From: a virus
Lineage: Duplodnaviria > Caudoviricetes
Length of the DNA stretch: 64,000 nucleotides
Direction: 5' to 3' (one strand)
Virus record (IMG/VR): IMGVR_UViG_2824317532_000002
Location: 1 to 64,000 of that record
The notes below the pieces were generated by a model. It worked only from the letters and a program-made list of their open reading frames with translations. It had not been told where the DNA came from and ran no database searches. The position numbers and the translations under genes were made by a program. Shown in pieces: positions 18,812 through 29,616 of this stretch (positions are counted from its first letter, which is position 1; every line of letters starts with the position of its first letter).

Positions 18812-19751
18812 CGTGTTGGCGAGCCTGCTCCTGCTCCTTCATGGCCACCAGGGCCAGCACTTCGTCGAGCGCGTACAGCGGGTTGCCTTCGTGCTCCCCG
18901 TGAACCGTGAGTAGTCCGGCTTTGCGCCACCTCCCGATGTTGGTGCGGTGGACGACGCCGGGGTATGCCTGCTCGATCTCGGCGGCCGTGTACCGGTAGC
19001 TGTGGGCGAGGGCGGTCCGCTCGGCGATGCGCTGGTCGGGGTTGTGTTCTGCCCCGCACGTCCGGCAGGTGGCCTTGCCGGCGCCGAGGCGGCCGTAGAG
19101 CGGCTCGACGCAGGGCGCGAGTCCCAGCCTCGCGACCGCCGGGTTGATGCCGTGCTCCTCGGCGACCTCCGGCGCGATCGGGACGAACGGCGCCCCGCAC
19201 GTCCCGAGGTAGATCCGCTCCCGTGGCCCGCTCGCCAGGCTGCGGATGATCCGGTGGCTCGCCTCGACGTCGCGCACGAACTCGTCGACAGCAGGCCGGT
19301 GACGGCTCCACTCGACCTGATCGACGAGCCACCGCGCCACCCACTCGATCTCATCCGAGGCCCTGAGCGGCTCCCTGAGCGCTCGACATGATCCATGGTT
19401 ACACGACCATGGGCGGGCGCATGTCGGGCCGCTGGCGGGCCGTACAGCGGGCGGACGGGGGATCTCTACGCCACGGGTCTCGGCGATGTCGCGCGCCAGG
19501 GTGGTGAGCGCGTTCTGGACCGCGTCGAGCCGCGAGGTGGTTTCGAGGCCGAGGGGCAGTTGCGATCCGGGCTTGCCGACCGTCCCGCCTCCGGTGCCGC
19601 GTACGGCCTGCCGCTGGGCGACGTCCCGGGCCGCCTGGGCCATGTCGCCTACCTCGCCGAGCAGCCGTCGGGTGCGGGCCAGGCACTCGGTGCACCCGTA
19701 GGCCCCGTGGGCTGGTCGGTCGCCGCAGATGACACACAGGTCGTCGCTCAC
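18807..19751 (-). CDS. Zn-finger / MerR-HTH protein (putative late regulator)
   Basis: CVIC..CTEC, CRTC, C-terminal NIGRWRKAGLL..PLYALDEVL; last gene before the late operon. Confidence 0.7.
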   Translation of the reverse strand: MSDDLCVICGDRPAHGAYGCTECLARTRRLLGEVGDMAQAARDVAQRQAVRGTGGGTVGKPGSQLPLGLETTSRLDAVQNALTTLARDIAETRGVEIPRPPAVRPASGPTCARPWSCNHGSCRALREPLRASDEIEWVARWLVDQVEWSRHRPAVDEFVRDVEASHRIIRSLASGPRERIYLGTCGAPFVPIAPEVAEEHGINPAVARLGLAPCVEPLYGRLGAGKATCRTCGAEHNPDQRIAERTALAHSYRYTAAEIEQAYPGVVHRTNIGRWRKAGLLTVHGEHEGNPLYALDEVLALVAMKEQEQARQHV

Positions 19752-21036
19752 TCGCTCCCCCATCGCATGCAGCCGTCCTTGTGCTTGCCGCCGTGTCCGG
19801 CGTCGAGTTCGCAGCGGTTGAGCACGTAGCCGCTGGACAGCCACATCTGGGCGGGGCAGATGGCGGCCACGTCGCGCAGGTGGCGGCGCAGCCGGTTCCG
19901 GCTGCCGAAGCGCTTCACGCCCCCTCCCCGCGTCCGTCACTGATGCGGCTGTGGGTGGGCCTGTGGTGCTCGGGTGCTCCACAGGTGCGTTCCGGCTCGC
20001 AGTCCGGGCCACTTCCCGAGCACTCCTCGCCGTGCCAGCAGCGTTCGGCCTGCCGCCACCGGTCGGGGTCGGCGGCGAGGTAGTCGGCGGCCCACCGTGC
20101 GGCGTCGCTGCCGGTACGTGCGGCAACGCCCTGGAGGACGGCGACCGCCCGGTCGTATCCGGCAACCAGGGAAGGCCGGGCACTGAGGTCGGCAGCGGCG
20201 CACATGGCCCGCGCGTTGCACTCCCCGCGCTCGCAGTCGCGTGACGAGCCGCCGCCGATGCAGGGGTCGAAGTGGCCGTCGGTCCGGATTTCGGTGGTCA
20301 CGGTCAGATCACCGCCCCGTGTCGCGGGCAAGTGCGTCCGGAGCCGTCGCAGATGCAGCCGGGCGGGTTCGGCGGCTTGGGTCCGCGTGCCCGGCGTCCC
20401 TGGTGGACGGGGCAGTCGGGATCGGGTTCGGCCGAGCAGGTGCACGAGTCGCCAACGGTGCCGCCGGGCATGCCGTCGGCAAGGTCGTGGTTGCGCCACG
20501 CTCCAGCGCAGTCGTGCAGGCCGACGCGGGTGCAGCCGTCGCCGTTGAGCAGCGCACAGATCCGTTCGGCGAGCGCCTGGTCCCCGTTGACGACGACGGC
20601 GACCAGCTCGGCAGCGCCGGTGATGTGCCCCTCGGGTGTGCGCTCGCCTTCGCGGACGATGGTGACGCCCCAGTGGTTTCCGGTGCGGTAGGTCATCGGG
20701 TCCTCCGGCGGTAGGCGGCGCGGATGCGGCTGAGGCGGGCGTCGCGGCGGTCGGTGTCCTGGCATTCGTCGCACCCGGCGGCGATGCCCCGGATCAGGCG
20801 GCGGCCGTAGCGGCGGCGGGTGTCGGGCTGGTCCTGGATGAAGTACCGGATCAGCTCCCGGGTGCCGTGCGGGTCGTTGTCGGCGTCGGTGTAGCGGCGC
20901 TTCATCACGCCTCCTTCGGCGGGTCGAATCGGCAGTCGCTGCACTCCCAGCCGCCGTCTTCGCGGGGGATCCACTTCCAGCCGTGTCGCGGGAGGGGGCA
21001 GGGCTTGGGCGGGTAGTCGGGGCGGCCCTGGAGGGT
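19748..21036 (-). other. Cluster of small overlapping hypothetical phage genes
   Basis: Chain of short Cys-rich ORFs with ATGA/GTGA overlaps and RBSs. Confidence 0.5.
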
Positions 21037-21467
21037 CACGCGTCCTCCTCGGTGGCGATGGGCACGATGGCCGGGCATGTCGCCTTGTCGGGCCGGGCGG
21101 CCGGCCGGTGCCCGTCGCGGTGGGGCAGTTCGGCGGGTGGCCAGCCGCAGCAGTCGGTGAGGTCCTGGCCGTAGCGGGCCAGGTGCACGGCCGGTCCGGG
21201 CTTCTTCCGCTTGGCCTTCTCGCGCTGTTCGGGTGTGGTGCCGCCCCACACGCCGTGGCGCTGCCGGGTTTCGGTGGCCCAGTCGCGGCAGGCGGTGATG
21301 TGTGGGCATTGCCGGCAGATGCGGACGGCGGCGGCGATTTCGATGGTGTTCATGGCGCCGGCGTGGCGTGGGAAGAACGTTTCGGGGTCGACGTCGCGGC
21401 AGGCGATGTCGGGCTGGTAGGCGAAGGCGGGCCAGCCGGGGTCGTTGAATTCACGGCGGCCGGTCAT
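21036..21467 (-). CDS. WhiB family transcription factor
   Basis: ACRDVDPETFFP...ICRQCP...CRDWA...GVWGG. Confidence 0.93.
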   Translation of the reverse strand: MTGRREFNDPGWPAFAYQPDIACRDVDPETFFPRHAGAMNTIEIAAAVRICRQCPHITACRDWATETRQRHGVWGGTTPEQREKAKRKKPGPAVHLARYGQDLTDCCGWPPAELPHRDGHRPAARPDKATCPAIVPIATEEDA

Positions 21468-21829
21468 GCGATCCGCCCGTCTGGGCCGAGTAGACCCATG
21501 CTGATGGCCCGGCGTCGGGCCCGGTACACGGCTTCCCGGCCTACACCGAGCCGTTCGGCGATCTGCTTGGTGGTGAGGCCCTGGTCCGCAAGGGAGTCGT
21601 ACTCTTCGGCGAACTCAGCTACTGGCCGGTGTTGGCGCTGAGGGTTGTGCTGGCGTTCGGTGCCGTTGCGGCAGGCGGTTTCGTAGCAGCTGCGGCAGAG
21701 TCCGCGGGCGCCGACGGGCCGGTCGGGGTGGCAGTCGGCGGCCTTGACGATGACAACGACGTAGCCGGCCGGGATGTCGGGGGCGAGCAGTTGGCGGGCG
21801 GTGGTGAGCGTCTCGGCGAGGTCGGTCAT
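21464..21829 (-). CDS. HTH DNA-binding protein
   Basis: RGLCRSCY zinc motif plus GLTTKQIAERLGVGREAVYR. Confidence 0.7.
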   Translation of the reverse strand: MTDLAETLTTARQLLAPDIPAGYVVVIVKAADCHPDRPVGARGLCRSCYETACRNGTERQHNPQRQHRPVAEFAEEYDSLADQGLTTKQIAERLGVGREAVYRARRRAISMGLLGPDGRIA

Positions 21830-22031
21830 CGCTTGCTCCTGCTCTGGTCGAGTTCGGCGACGTATTCGCGGGCGAGTTCGGTGTGGGCTTCGCACAGCAG
21901 CAGCACGGCGGTGGTGTCGACGGCGATCCCGGTGCAGCCCATGTACTTGTGCCGGTACCGGCAGTAGCTCGGGGTGGGCGTTCGTTTCTCGGGTGGCATT
22001 CAGGTCTCCTTCCGCAGTGCCGGATGTCGGG

Positions 22032-22217
22032 GTGGACGGCGGGCGGTGGCGTTCCCCCCTCCTACAGAGGGGGAGGGGAACGTCCACCCCTGGCGCGTCC
22101 ACCCCCGTCCACCCAGCCGTCCACCTGTTGAGCTGGGGTTTTGGGATGCCGCGTCCACCTGTGTCCACCTGTCGTCCAGGTGGACGCGGAAGTGGACGCG
22201 TCCACCCCGCCGTCCAC
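22032..22217. repeat. GTCCAC repeat cluster (candidate replication origin)
   Basis: 8 direct and 3 inverted copies of GTCCAC in ~190 bp directly downstream of primase-helicase. Confidence 0.7.
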
Positions 22218-22232
22218 TTGTCTTGCGCCTAG

Positions 22233-23912
22233 TCATGCGGCGGCCGCCTGGCGCAGGTAGTAGCGGCTCGGGTCGCCGCCGGGCGATCCCTCGATGCACG
22301 ACAGGACGCCCTCGGTGACCTTGCGGTCGAGTGCCCGCTGTGCCCGCTTCTTCTGGGCGGCGGTCGGCTTGGCGACCTCGAACAGCAGCACCGCGTACTC
22401 CAGTGCGGTCAGTCCGCGGATTCCGCTGCGGCTGACGGCGGCGATCAGGTCGATGCGCTGCTCGACCTCGCTGACGCCCCGCTCGTGGTCGTGGACGACG
22501 TCGAACGGGCCGACCTCAACCTCGGGCTGCTTCAGGTGCCGCCACTTGACGATCGGGTCGCCGGCCTCGCCCCACAGCAGTGCCACCGATCCGGCCCCCG
22601 CGGTCAGCCAGGTGGATCCGTAGATGTCGTCGAGGGTGTTGGGCGTCTTGTTGTCCGAGCTGCCCTTGCGCATGTGGTGCAGCTCGATGACCTCGACGCC
22701 TTCGGACAGCGCGTTCTGCCGGGCACGGTTGTATCCGGCACCCACCTCGTCCTTGGCGATGCCGACAGCCGCGTCCTTGATGCTGTCGATGAACAGGGTG
22801 TCGGCCCCGGCTGCCTCGCACATCTCGATCAGCAGGGCCGGTCGGGCGGCGACGTCCTGCGGTGGTGGGCCCTTCCAGACGACCATGCGGTCATCGAGCA
22901 GCTTGCGTTCCTCCTCAGTGAACGCGCGGGCGGCCGCGCGCCGGAACTGTGCGGGCCGGTCCATCACCAGGTAGAGCACCCGGGTGCTGGTCTCGGCGAC
23001 TGAGTAGCCGAGCACCTTGGTCTGCAACCCGACCCGGGCACGCAGCAGTTGAACGGCGATGGTGGTCTTGCCGACCCCGGACGGGCCGCACAGCATGAGC
23101 GCTTCGCCTTGCGCCCAGATGACCTCCTTGCCGTCGCCCCACACCGCGGGCGCCACGTCGGGCACGTCGAGGACGAACGAGCCGCCCTTGAGGAACGCGA
23201 ACGGCCGGGGCTTCTCCGGCAGCGGCGGCGCGTACGGTTCGAAGTCGGTCAGCCCGTATCCGGCGGCGATGTGGTCGCTGGCGTCCTTGCCCGCGGCGGC
23301 ACGCATGAACCGGTACTTGGCGGCGATCCCGTCGATCTTCTCGGCGACCTGGGCGGCCCATTTGTCTCCGGCGCCGTCGCGGTCGACGATGACGGTGACC
23401 CAGTGCCCTCGTAGCGGCTCGATGTCGACCTTGTGGAACGAGTCGGCTCCCTGCGGCCCGGTGGTAGCCACTCCGCCGGCCGATTCGATGGCGTCGACAT
23501 CGGCCTCGCCCTCGACGAGGAAGACGGTTCGTCCGGGCTGGACGGCGGCCAGTGCCTCCCGGTGATACAGCGTCGAGGTGGCTGTGGCGCCGGTCTGCGT
23601 GAACCGCTTCTTGCCGCGCTCGTCGTAGTAGCGGCGAACGGTGCGGCCATCGTCGTAGCGGTAGGTGGCCGAGCGTTCGTCGTACAGGTCGGCCATGGTG
23701 AGTTCGAGTTCGGCGAGCACGTCCCGGGTGTCGCATTCGGGGTTGTGGCACCAGACGAGCGTGCGGCCGTTGATGGCAGTGACGGACAGGCTGGGGCTGT
23801 GGTCGTCATGGGCGGGACAGGTGGCGTCGGCGCGTCCGCCACTTTTTTCGATGACTTTGCGGCCGTGTTCGCGCAGCTTCCGGACCACCCGGTCGTAGGC
23901 GGTCTCGTTCAC
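22233..23912 (-). CDS. Primase-helicase (Zn finger + TOPRIM + RecA-like AAA)
   Basis: CPAHDDHSPSL, VEGEADV, DRD, GPSGVGKTT, LFIDS, HHMRK. Confidence 0.9.
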   Translation of the reverse strand: MNETAYDRVVRKLREHGRKVIEKSGGRADATCPAHDDHSPSLSVTAINGRTLVWCHNPECDTRDVLAELELTMADLYDERSATYRYDDGRTVRRYYDERGKKRFTQTGATATSTLYHREALAAVQPGRTVFLVEGEADVDAIESAGGVATTGPQGADSFHKVDIEPLRGHWVTVIVDRDGAGDKWAAQVAEKIDGIAAKYRFMRAAAGKDASDHIAAGYGLTDFEPYAPPLPEKPRPFAFLKGGSFVLDVPDVAPAVWGDGKEVIWAQGEALMLCGPSGVGKTTIAVQLLRARVGLQTKVLGYSVAETSTRVLYLVMDRPAQFRRAAARAFTEEERKLLDDRMVVWKGPPPQDVAARPALLIEMCEAAGADTLFIDSIKDAAVGIAKDEVGAGYNRARQNALSEGVEVIELHHMRKGSSDNKTPNTLDDIYGSTWLTAGAGSVALLWGEAGDPIVKWRHLKQPEVEVGPFDVVHDHERGVSEVEQRIDLIAAVSRSGIRGLTALEYAVLLFEVAKPTAAQKKRAQRALDRKVTEGVLSCIEGSPGGDPSRYYLRQAAAA

Positions 23913-24366
23913 GCACCACCGCCGGGGATGGCGACCGGTGGCCATTCGCAGTCGAGTGGCGTGCCGACCTGGTTGCTGGCGTCCTGGGCGTGACGGTCCC
24001 TCGCCGCGGCGTCGTAGCCGCGGCCCCATGCGTCGAGTTCGGCGGGGGTGGAGGGTCGCCAGTCCGGGTCGTGGTGGCGAGCGAGGATGCGTGCCGCGGC
24101 GCTGAGCAGGCTTTCGTCGGCGCTCATCGGGCACCGACCGCAGTGATTGAGCACACGGTGTGTTTCGGCCCTAGGGGGCGCAGCCATGGCATCATGGGCG
24201 CAGGGCTCCTTCCGGTTCGGGTTTGGCGAATCGGTGTTGCCTTAGGCCGGAAATTGGGTGTTACCAGCACCCGTTCCGGCCGACTCAATTCTCCCAGCTC
24301 ACGACGCTCGCGGACCCGCGCCGTGCCCATTCCGGATGTAGTGTCGATCACTATTCGCCTCGTTCT

Positions 24367-24400
24367 TTATCCACAGCCTGTGTGCAATTCCTGTGGGTAT
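24367..24400. promoter_or_regulatory. DnaA-box cluster
   Basis: Perfect TTATCCACA at 24367-24375 plus two degenerate inverted boxes. Confidence 0.55.
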
Positions 24401-24401
24401 C

Positions 24402-24438
24402 GGGAATGCGCCCTAGAGTGATTCCGGGGCGCATTCCC
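24402..24438. terminator. Hairpin
   Basis: GGGAATGCGCCC...GGGCGCATTCCC inverted repeat after gene cluster. Confidence 0.55.
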
Positions 24439-24445
24439 GTATCAG

Positions 24446-27203
24446 CTATCCGTCGCCTGGCCGCGGGTCGGGCACCGGGTCGGGCATGGTGTGGTGGGCG
24501 TCGCCGGGCCGACTCATCCGGCCGCAGTCACGGCAGGCGCGGGCGGGCGGGTCACGCCGGTCGAGCGGGTCCGGCGGCACGGACGGGTCGACGACGTGCA
24601 CGTGCGGCTTCGGGCGGCTCACCGGGCACCTCCCGGCTCGCCCTCGTCCGGCTCGGCCAGTGCCCACAGGTCGCAGTGCACGATCGGCCCGGCCTTGACC
24701 GCCCGGCCGTTGCCGCCGCATTCGGGGCACTGGGCGTAGACGGGCCCGCCGACACCGAACCGGGGCCGGAAGATCTCGCCGGTGAACACCTGGTTCGCGC
24801 CGTGGCACCGCTCGCACTCCGGCCGCCCGGCCAGGCTGACGCCCGCGGCGCACGACTCGTCGCCACTGGCGCAGCCCACGCAGCCTTGCGGCGCGTCGCA
24901 GGTGTCGTCCCACGGCGGCCGGTAGTGCGTGCAGGTCTTGCAGCCGCGCGCGGCCGGGTTGGTCCAGCAGCGGCCGATGTGGTCCCGGACCCGGGCCCGG
25001 ACCGCCCCTGTGCGAGGGCAGTGCGGGCACCGGTATCGGGTGGTTGTGAAGGCGATCGGCTCGGTCACCGGGCACCTCCCGCCAGGTCGAACAGGTCCAG
25101 CTGCCCGTGCAGCTCCCGGTGCCGACGCGTCTCCGGCTGCCCGTGCCGTTTCACCCGGGCCGGGCCGGCATCGAACAGCCCCGGGTTCGTTTCCGGCTCC
25201 GGCGGCGGGCAGTCGCACGGGCACACCCACCGGCACGGGCGGCCCGACAGCCACACCTCGGTGCGGGCGGCACCGCGGTGGTTGACGATGAACGTCTCGC
25301 AGACGATGTGCGGCTGCTGCTTGGTCCGGCACAGGTGGTGCCGTCCGGCGTCGCAGTGCCCGCACTGGCCGGCGTGACAGCGGCAGTTGACGATGGTCCG
25401 CGGGTTGCCTTCGATCGTGCAGCTGTCGCGGTAGGTGTCGGTGAGCACCTCGTGGTAGATCCAGTCGGCGGCGGCCGCCGTCATCGGGGCGATCACCGCT
25501 GCCTCCACTCGTTCACCTCGGGGCAGGTCGTGAAGTGGGCCTTGCGCCGGGTGCCACCGAACAGCGTCGGCCCGGAGACGACGGTGGCGACCGGGCCGAC
25601 CCACAGGCCGGGCTGGAGCGACAGCTCGACGTTGCCGCCCTCGCTCGGCTCGGCGTCGACGGGCATCGGCTTGCCGCCGCTGCTGGTGGCCCACACGATC
25701 GGGGCGTCACAGGAGCGGCAGGCGGCGATCTCGTAGCCCTCGGGCGTCCGGCCGCTCACGGCGCGCCGTCCGAATCGGCAAGACGTAGCAGCTCACGCGC
25801 CTCGTCCAGCGCCCGGCGGCGTCGCGCCTTCTCGCCCGGCAGTGGGAACGGACCCATCCCGACGACCTTGATGCAGGAACCGGCCGAGGCTTCCCGCCGG
25901 GCCCGGCACCAGTCGATGGCGTACCGGACCAGCGCGTACGGCATCAGCAGCACGACCAGCGGCACGATGCCGCCGCACCAGGTGCCGTTGGGGTAGCGGC
26001 GGGTCATGCGGCACCGACCTCAGGCCAGGGCAGCGGGCGCAGCTCCCGACGCCGCACAACGTGCTGACGCACCAATTCCAGGCCATGGCCATCGAGGTCG
26101 ATGCGCATCCGGCCGTTGCTGTCGTGCCAATAGATGGGGATCCGCCATTCCTGGGTCGCCGAGTCGTAGGCAAACTGGGCGTAGACGGGGACTCGGGTGT
26201 AGTTGATGCGGTGATCGGTGAGCCAGGCATGGATCTGTTCGCGCTGGTCGGCCATCAACTGGAGGTATGGAACGTGCTCGGCCATCACGATCCCCCCTCG
26301 CCGCCGGGCCACAGACGGAGCCGCCGGTCCAGCAGCGCGTCCATCGCGGCCCGCGTGAGCGGCGTCCGCGGCCGTTCGACGCGGTACTCGTCCAGCTTCG
26401 TGTCGATCTCGGCAAGCCGATCCGCGAGCGGGCTCGGCGTGGCGGCCTTGGGGTCGATGCCGGCCGGCTGGGAGCGGTTGAGGAATCGGTCGAACATCAG
26501 GACCTCCCGAGCCGGGTCAGCCCGCTCGGCAGAGTCCGGATCGACATGGCGCAGATCTCCAGCAGGGCCGAGCCGTACCGGCCCCGCTCCCAGCCGTCCG
26601 GGACCTCGGCGACCTTGCGCAGCAGCGCCTCGAACGCCGCCTGGTCGCCGTTGCCGCGTGCCTGGATCAGATCCATTGCCCACTGCTTCGGGGCCTCCAG
26701 GTCGCCACCGAGTTCGCCGGTCTCCACGGCCATCGGGATGACCCGCATCGGCGAGAAGTCCCACGTGCCGCCGTTGATGTGGGCGAGGACGGTGTCGCAC
26801 CAGCCGATCAGGGCGTCGATGATCCCGTCGGGGCATTCGGTGGCGAGGCGCTCGAAGGCGCTCTGGGCGCGGGGAATGTTGCCCGCGACCATGGCGTAGA
26901 GCGCGACGGAGGCGAGACGAATGGGCTTGCTGTGCTGTCGGTCGGTCATCAGGAGGCTCCGTCCTGGTCGGTGAAGATGACAGCCAGACGGCGCGCGGCC
27001 GCACAGACCGTGCACGTCTCCCGGCTGCTGTCGGAGTAGTGGTAGTGCCGGGGCAGCTCGGCGAGCACGGCAAGGATGTCGCGGGCGACCTGGCCGAGCG
27101 CCGACTCCAGCCCGCTCCGGACACCCTCGGCGGTCGGGTTGAGCGACAGCTCGTCGGCGATCGTGTTGGTCATGCGGGTGAGCAGGGTTTCGCGGATGGT
27201 CAT
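24446..27203 (-). other. Cluster of small hypothetical early genes (several Cys-rich)
   Basis: Overlapping ORFs 24619-25068, 25065-~25495, 25493-25759, 25756-26007, 26004-~26285, 26285-26497, 26497-26949, 26949-27203. Confidence 0.55.
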
Positions 27204-27559
27204 GCCGCACCGTCCAGCGGGGTGCCGTAGCCGGCCTGCCGCAGCAGCCGGGCCATCTGCGCCACCGTGCACGTCGCATACCACTCGCCGGCATCGCCCT
27301 TGCCGCGCCGCTTGTGCACGACGATCCCGTAGTCGGCGCCGTCGTTGGCCTGCTCCAGCACGGCCTCGTCGACCCAGCCCGCCAGGTTGAGGCTGGCGTG
27401 GTTCTTCACCTCGACGACCACGCCGGGGATGCCCGCCAGGTCGCCGCGGTCCTGGGCGGATCCGGCGAGGCGACGCTCGGCGTGCGGGAAGCCCGCGGTG
27501 CGCAGGTAGTCGACCAGGCCCCGCTCGGCGGCCGTGCCCTTGCGCTTGGAGGCGCTCAC
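27200..27559 (-). CDS. Holliday junction resolvase (PD-(D/E)xK type)
   Basis: KRKGTAAER..., DRGDL, VVEVKN, VVHKRRGKG. Confidence 0.8.
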   Translation of the reverse strand: MSASKRKGTAAERGLVDYLRTAGFPHAERRLAGSAQDRGDLAGIPGVVVEVKNHASLNLAGWVDEAVLEQANDGADYGIVVHKRRGKGDAGEWYATCTVAQMARLLRQAGYGTPLDGAA

Positions 27560-28374
27560 TCGGCACCGCCCGGGACCTCGGCGGGGGCGGGCCAGTCCTC
27601 GGCCACCTCGCCCTCGATGGCGTCCTGCCGCGACGGGGCGACGGTGGCCGGCGGCGCGTACGTCACCGGCATGACTGCGGACTGCTGCGGGGCGGCCATC
27701 CGGGCGATCTCGCGCCGATACTCGGTGCTGGACGGCACCCATTTCTCCAGCTCGTGCACCGCGCACTTGAGCCACATCGACCGCTCCCACTTCTTCCACG
27801 GGGAGTCGGAGCGGCTGTTGGACGGGTTCATGTCGCGGTGGGCGAGAACCTCCTCGCGACCCATCTCGACCGGGCGGGACATGCCGCCGTCGAGCATCAC
27901 CGCGTACGCCCACACGCCGACCAGCTCGCCGCGTTCCTCCGCCGACGCGAACCGCTCGAATCGGTGGATCGGGTGCGGCATGCCCTCCTCGTACTCGTAG
28001 AAGTCGTTCTTGCGAACGACCTCCGCGCGCACCGACTGCACGGCCCCGGCCCGGTAGATGCGCTCGATGACGCCCCGGTAGCCTTCCCAGCCCTCCACGG
28101 CGCCCTTGATCGGGACGAAGTAGTAAGCGGGGGTGCCGGGCTCGTGGCCGAGGCGGGCGCAGTCGAGCATCGCCGTCATCAGCGACCCGGCGTTGTTCAT
28201 GGCCGCCCGCATCAGGTTCTGATCACGGCGTAGCACACCCTGGGCGAGGCGGACGAAGGTCGCGGGCGGCAGGTGCGAGGGCAGGACCGCGGCGAAGTCG
28301 TCGCGGTAGCCGGCGACCAGCGTGGTCGGCGAGGTGTCCCGCTGGGCGACGGCGCTGGTGACGGTCTCGGGCAT
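27556..28374 (-). CDS. recT: RecT-like single-strand annealing protein
   Basis: CARLGHEPG, GYRGVIERIYRAG, SPWKKWERSMWLK. Confidence 0.9.
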   Translation of the reverse strand: MPETVTSAVAQRDTSPTTLVAGYRDDFAAVLPSHLPPATFVRLAQGVLRRDQNLMRAAMNNAGSLMTAMLDCARLGHEPGTPAYYFVPIKGAVEGWEGYRGVIERIYRAGAVQSVRAEVVRKNDFYEYEEGMPHPIHRFERFASAEERGELVGVWAYAVMLDGGMSRPVEMGREEVLAHRDMNPSNSRSDSPWKKWERSMWLKCAVHELEKWVPSSTEYRREIARMAAPQQSAVMPVTYAPPATVAPSRQDAIEGEVAEDWPAPAEVPGGAE

Positions 28375-28595
28375 CAGAAGCTCTCCCCGTGGGATGCGGC
28401 GTGCTGGTTGATGAAGTCGATGAACTCGGCGAGCCGGGTGGGCTCGAAGTACGGCTTGTCGCGGCGGATGACGTTCCAGCCGTAGTAGGCGATCGAGCCG
28501 TGCTCGTATGTGTCGCAGCCCGAGTGGTGGCAGTCGAGAGAGACGTCACCGTCCTCGTCGCCGGTGAGCCGTAGGTACTCCGGGATCTCAGGCAT
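28374..28595 (-). CDS. Hypothetical protein
   Basis: 73-aa ORF translationally coupled between exonuclease and recT. Confidence 0.55.
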   Translation of the reverse strand: MPEIPEYLRLTGDEDGDVSLDCHHSGCDTYEHGSIAYYGWNVIRRDKPYFEPTRLAEFIDFINQHAASHGESF

Positions 28596-29616
28596 AGGAG
28601 TCCGCCCTTCCGGGGTTGAGTCGGTCGGTGGTCGGCCACGCGTCGTCGATGGCCATCAGTTCGTGCTCGTCGTCGCTGCGCCGCTCGAAGACGGAGCGGG
28701 AGGCGACGAGCTTCTTGCCGCACATGGCCCGGTTGAAGTCGGAGCCGAGCGCCGCCCGGATCTCCGCCTCGCACGCCGCGACCCGGGCCTTCGCCTCGTC
28801 CCGGTCGGCGCGGGCCTGCCGGTACCGCTCGGCCAGCTCGACCGACACCTGCACCTCGCCGTCGCCGAGCGTCGGATGGAGCCGCTGGAGAGCGCTGATC
28901 GTGGCGTCGTGGCCGCCCAGGTCCGGGGCGTCGCCGCCTTCCAGGCGCTGGAAGAAGTCGAAGCCGGCGGCCCGCATCACCTCCAGGTCGGCCTGTGCCG
29001 CCTCGTTGATGTGCACGACGTACGACCGGAATCCGGTCGGGCCGAGGGCGGCGATGTAGACGGTGGAGACGCCGAGGACGTCGGCCTGCCACAGCACCTG
29101 GGCGCGGTAGTAGACGGGGATCTCGTCGGTGCCGGGCTCGCCCCAGCCGTCCCAGCTGTGAGCCACCCACTTGCACTCCAGCAGGGCGACCAGCGAGCCG
29201 CCCTTGCCGTTGCAGTCCGGGCAGTAGTAGGTGAACCGGCCGCTCGGGTAGAGCCCGGTGCCCTCGCAGTCCGCGCAGGGCGTGAGCAGCAGCCCGTCCG
29301 GGGTGGCGAGCTGCCACGGCCGATCCGGGTGGGCGTAGAGCCCGGCCGACCGCTTGATCAGGTTCTCCAGCGGGTCGCACGCGGCCATCCACCAGTCGGC
29401 GATGGCGTCCTCGAGGTGGCTTCCCGCCGAGGTGAGGTCGTTGCCGTCCCACCGCCAGTCGTTGACCTTCGCCCAGAACAGGCTGAACGGGCTGTCGTAC
29501 GGGCTGATCCCCATGACGACGGCGATCTCCGACGCGGTCACGCCCTCACGGCGCAGCTGATGCCACTGCTCGTCGTGGTTTCCGGTGCCGGGCGGCAGCA
29601 GCTCGACGGGGGTCAC
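28588..29616 (-). CDS. YqaJ/lambda-exonuclease family protein
   Basis: WHQLRREGVTASEI, ATPDG, LECK, YYRAQVLWQ. Confidence 0.9.
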   Translation of the reverse strand: MTPVELLPPGTGNHDEQWHQLRREGVTASEIAVVMGISPYDSPFSLFWAKVNDWRWDGNDLTSAGSHLEDAIADWWMAACDPLENLIKRSAGLYAHPDRPWQLATPDGLLLTPCADCEGTGLYPSGRFTYYCPDCNGKGGSLVALLECKWVAHSWDGWGEPGTDEIPVYYRAQVLWQADVLGVSTVYIAALGPTGFRSYVVHINEAAQADLEVMRAAGFDFFQRLEGGDAPDLGGHDATISALQRLHPTLGDGEVQVSVELAERYRQARADRDEAKARVAACEAEIRAALGSDFNRAMCGKKLVASRSVFERRSDDEHELMAIDDAWPTTDRLNPGRADSYA

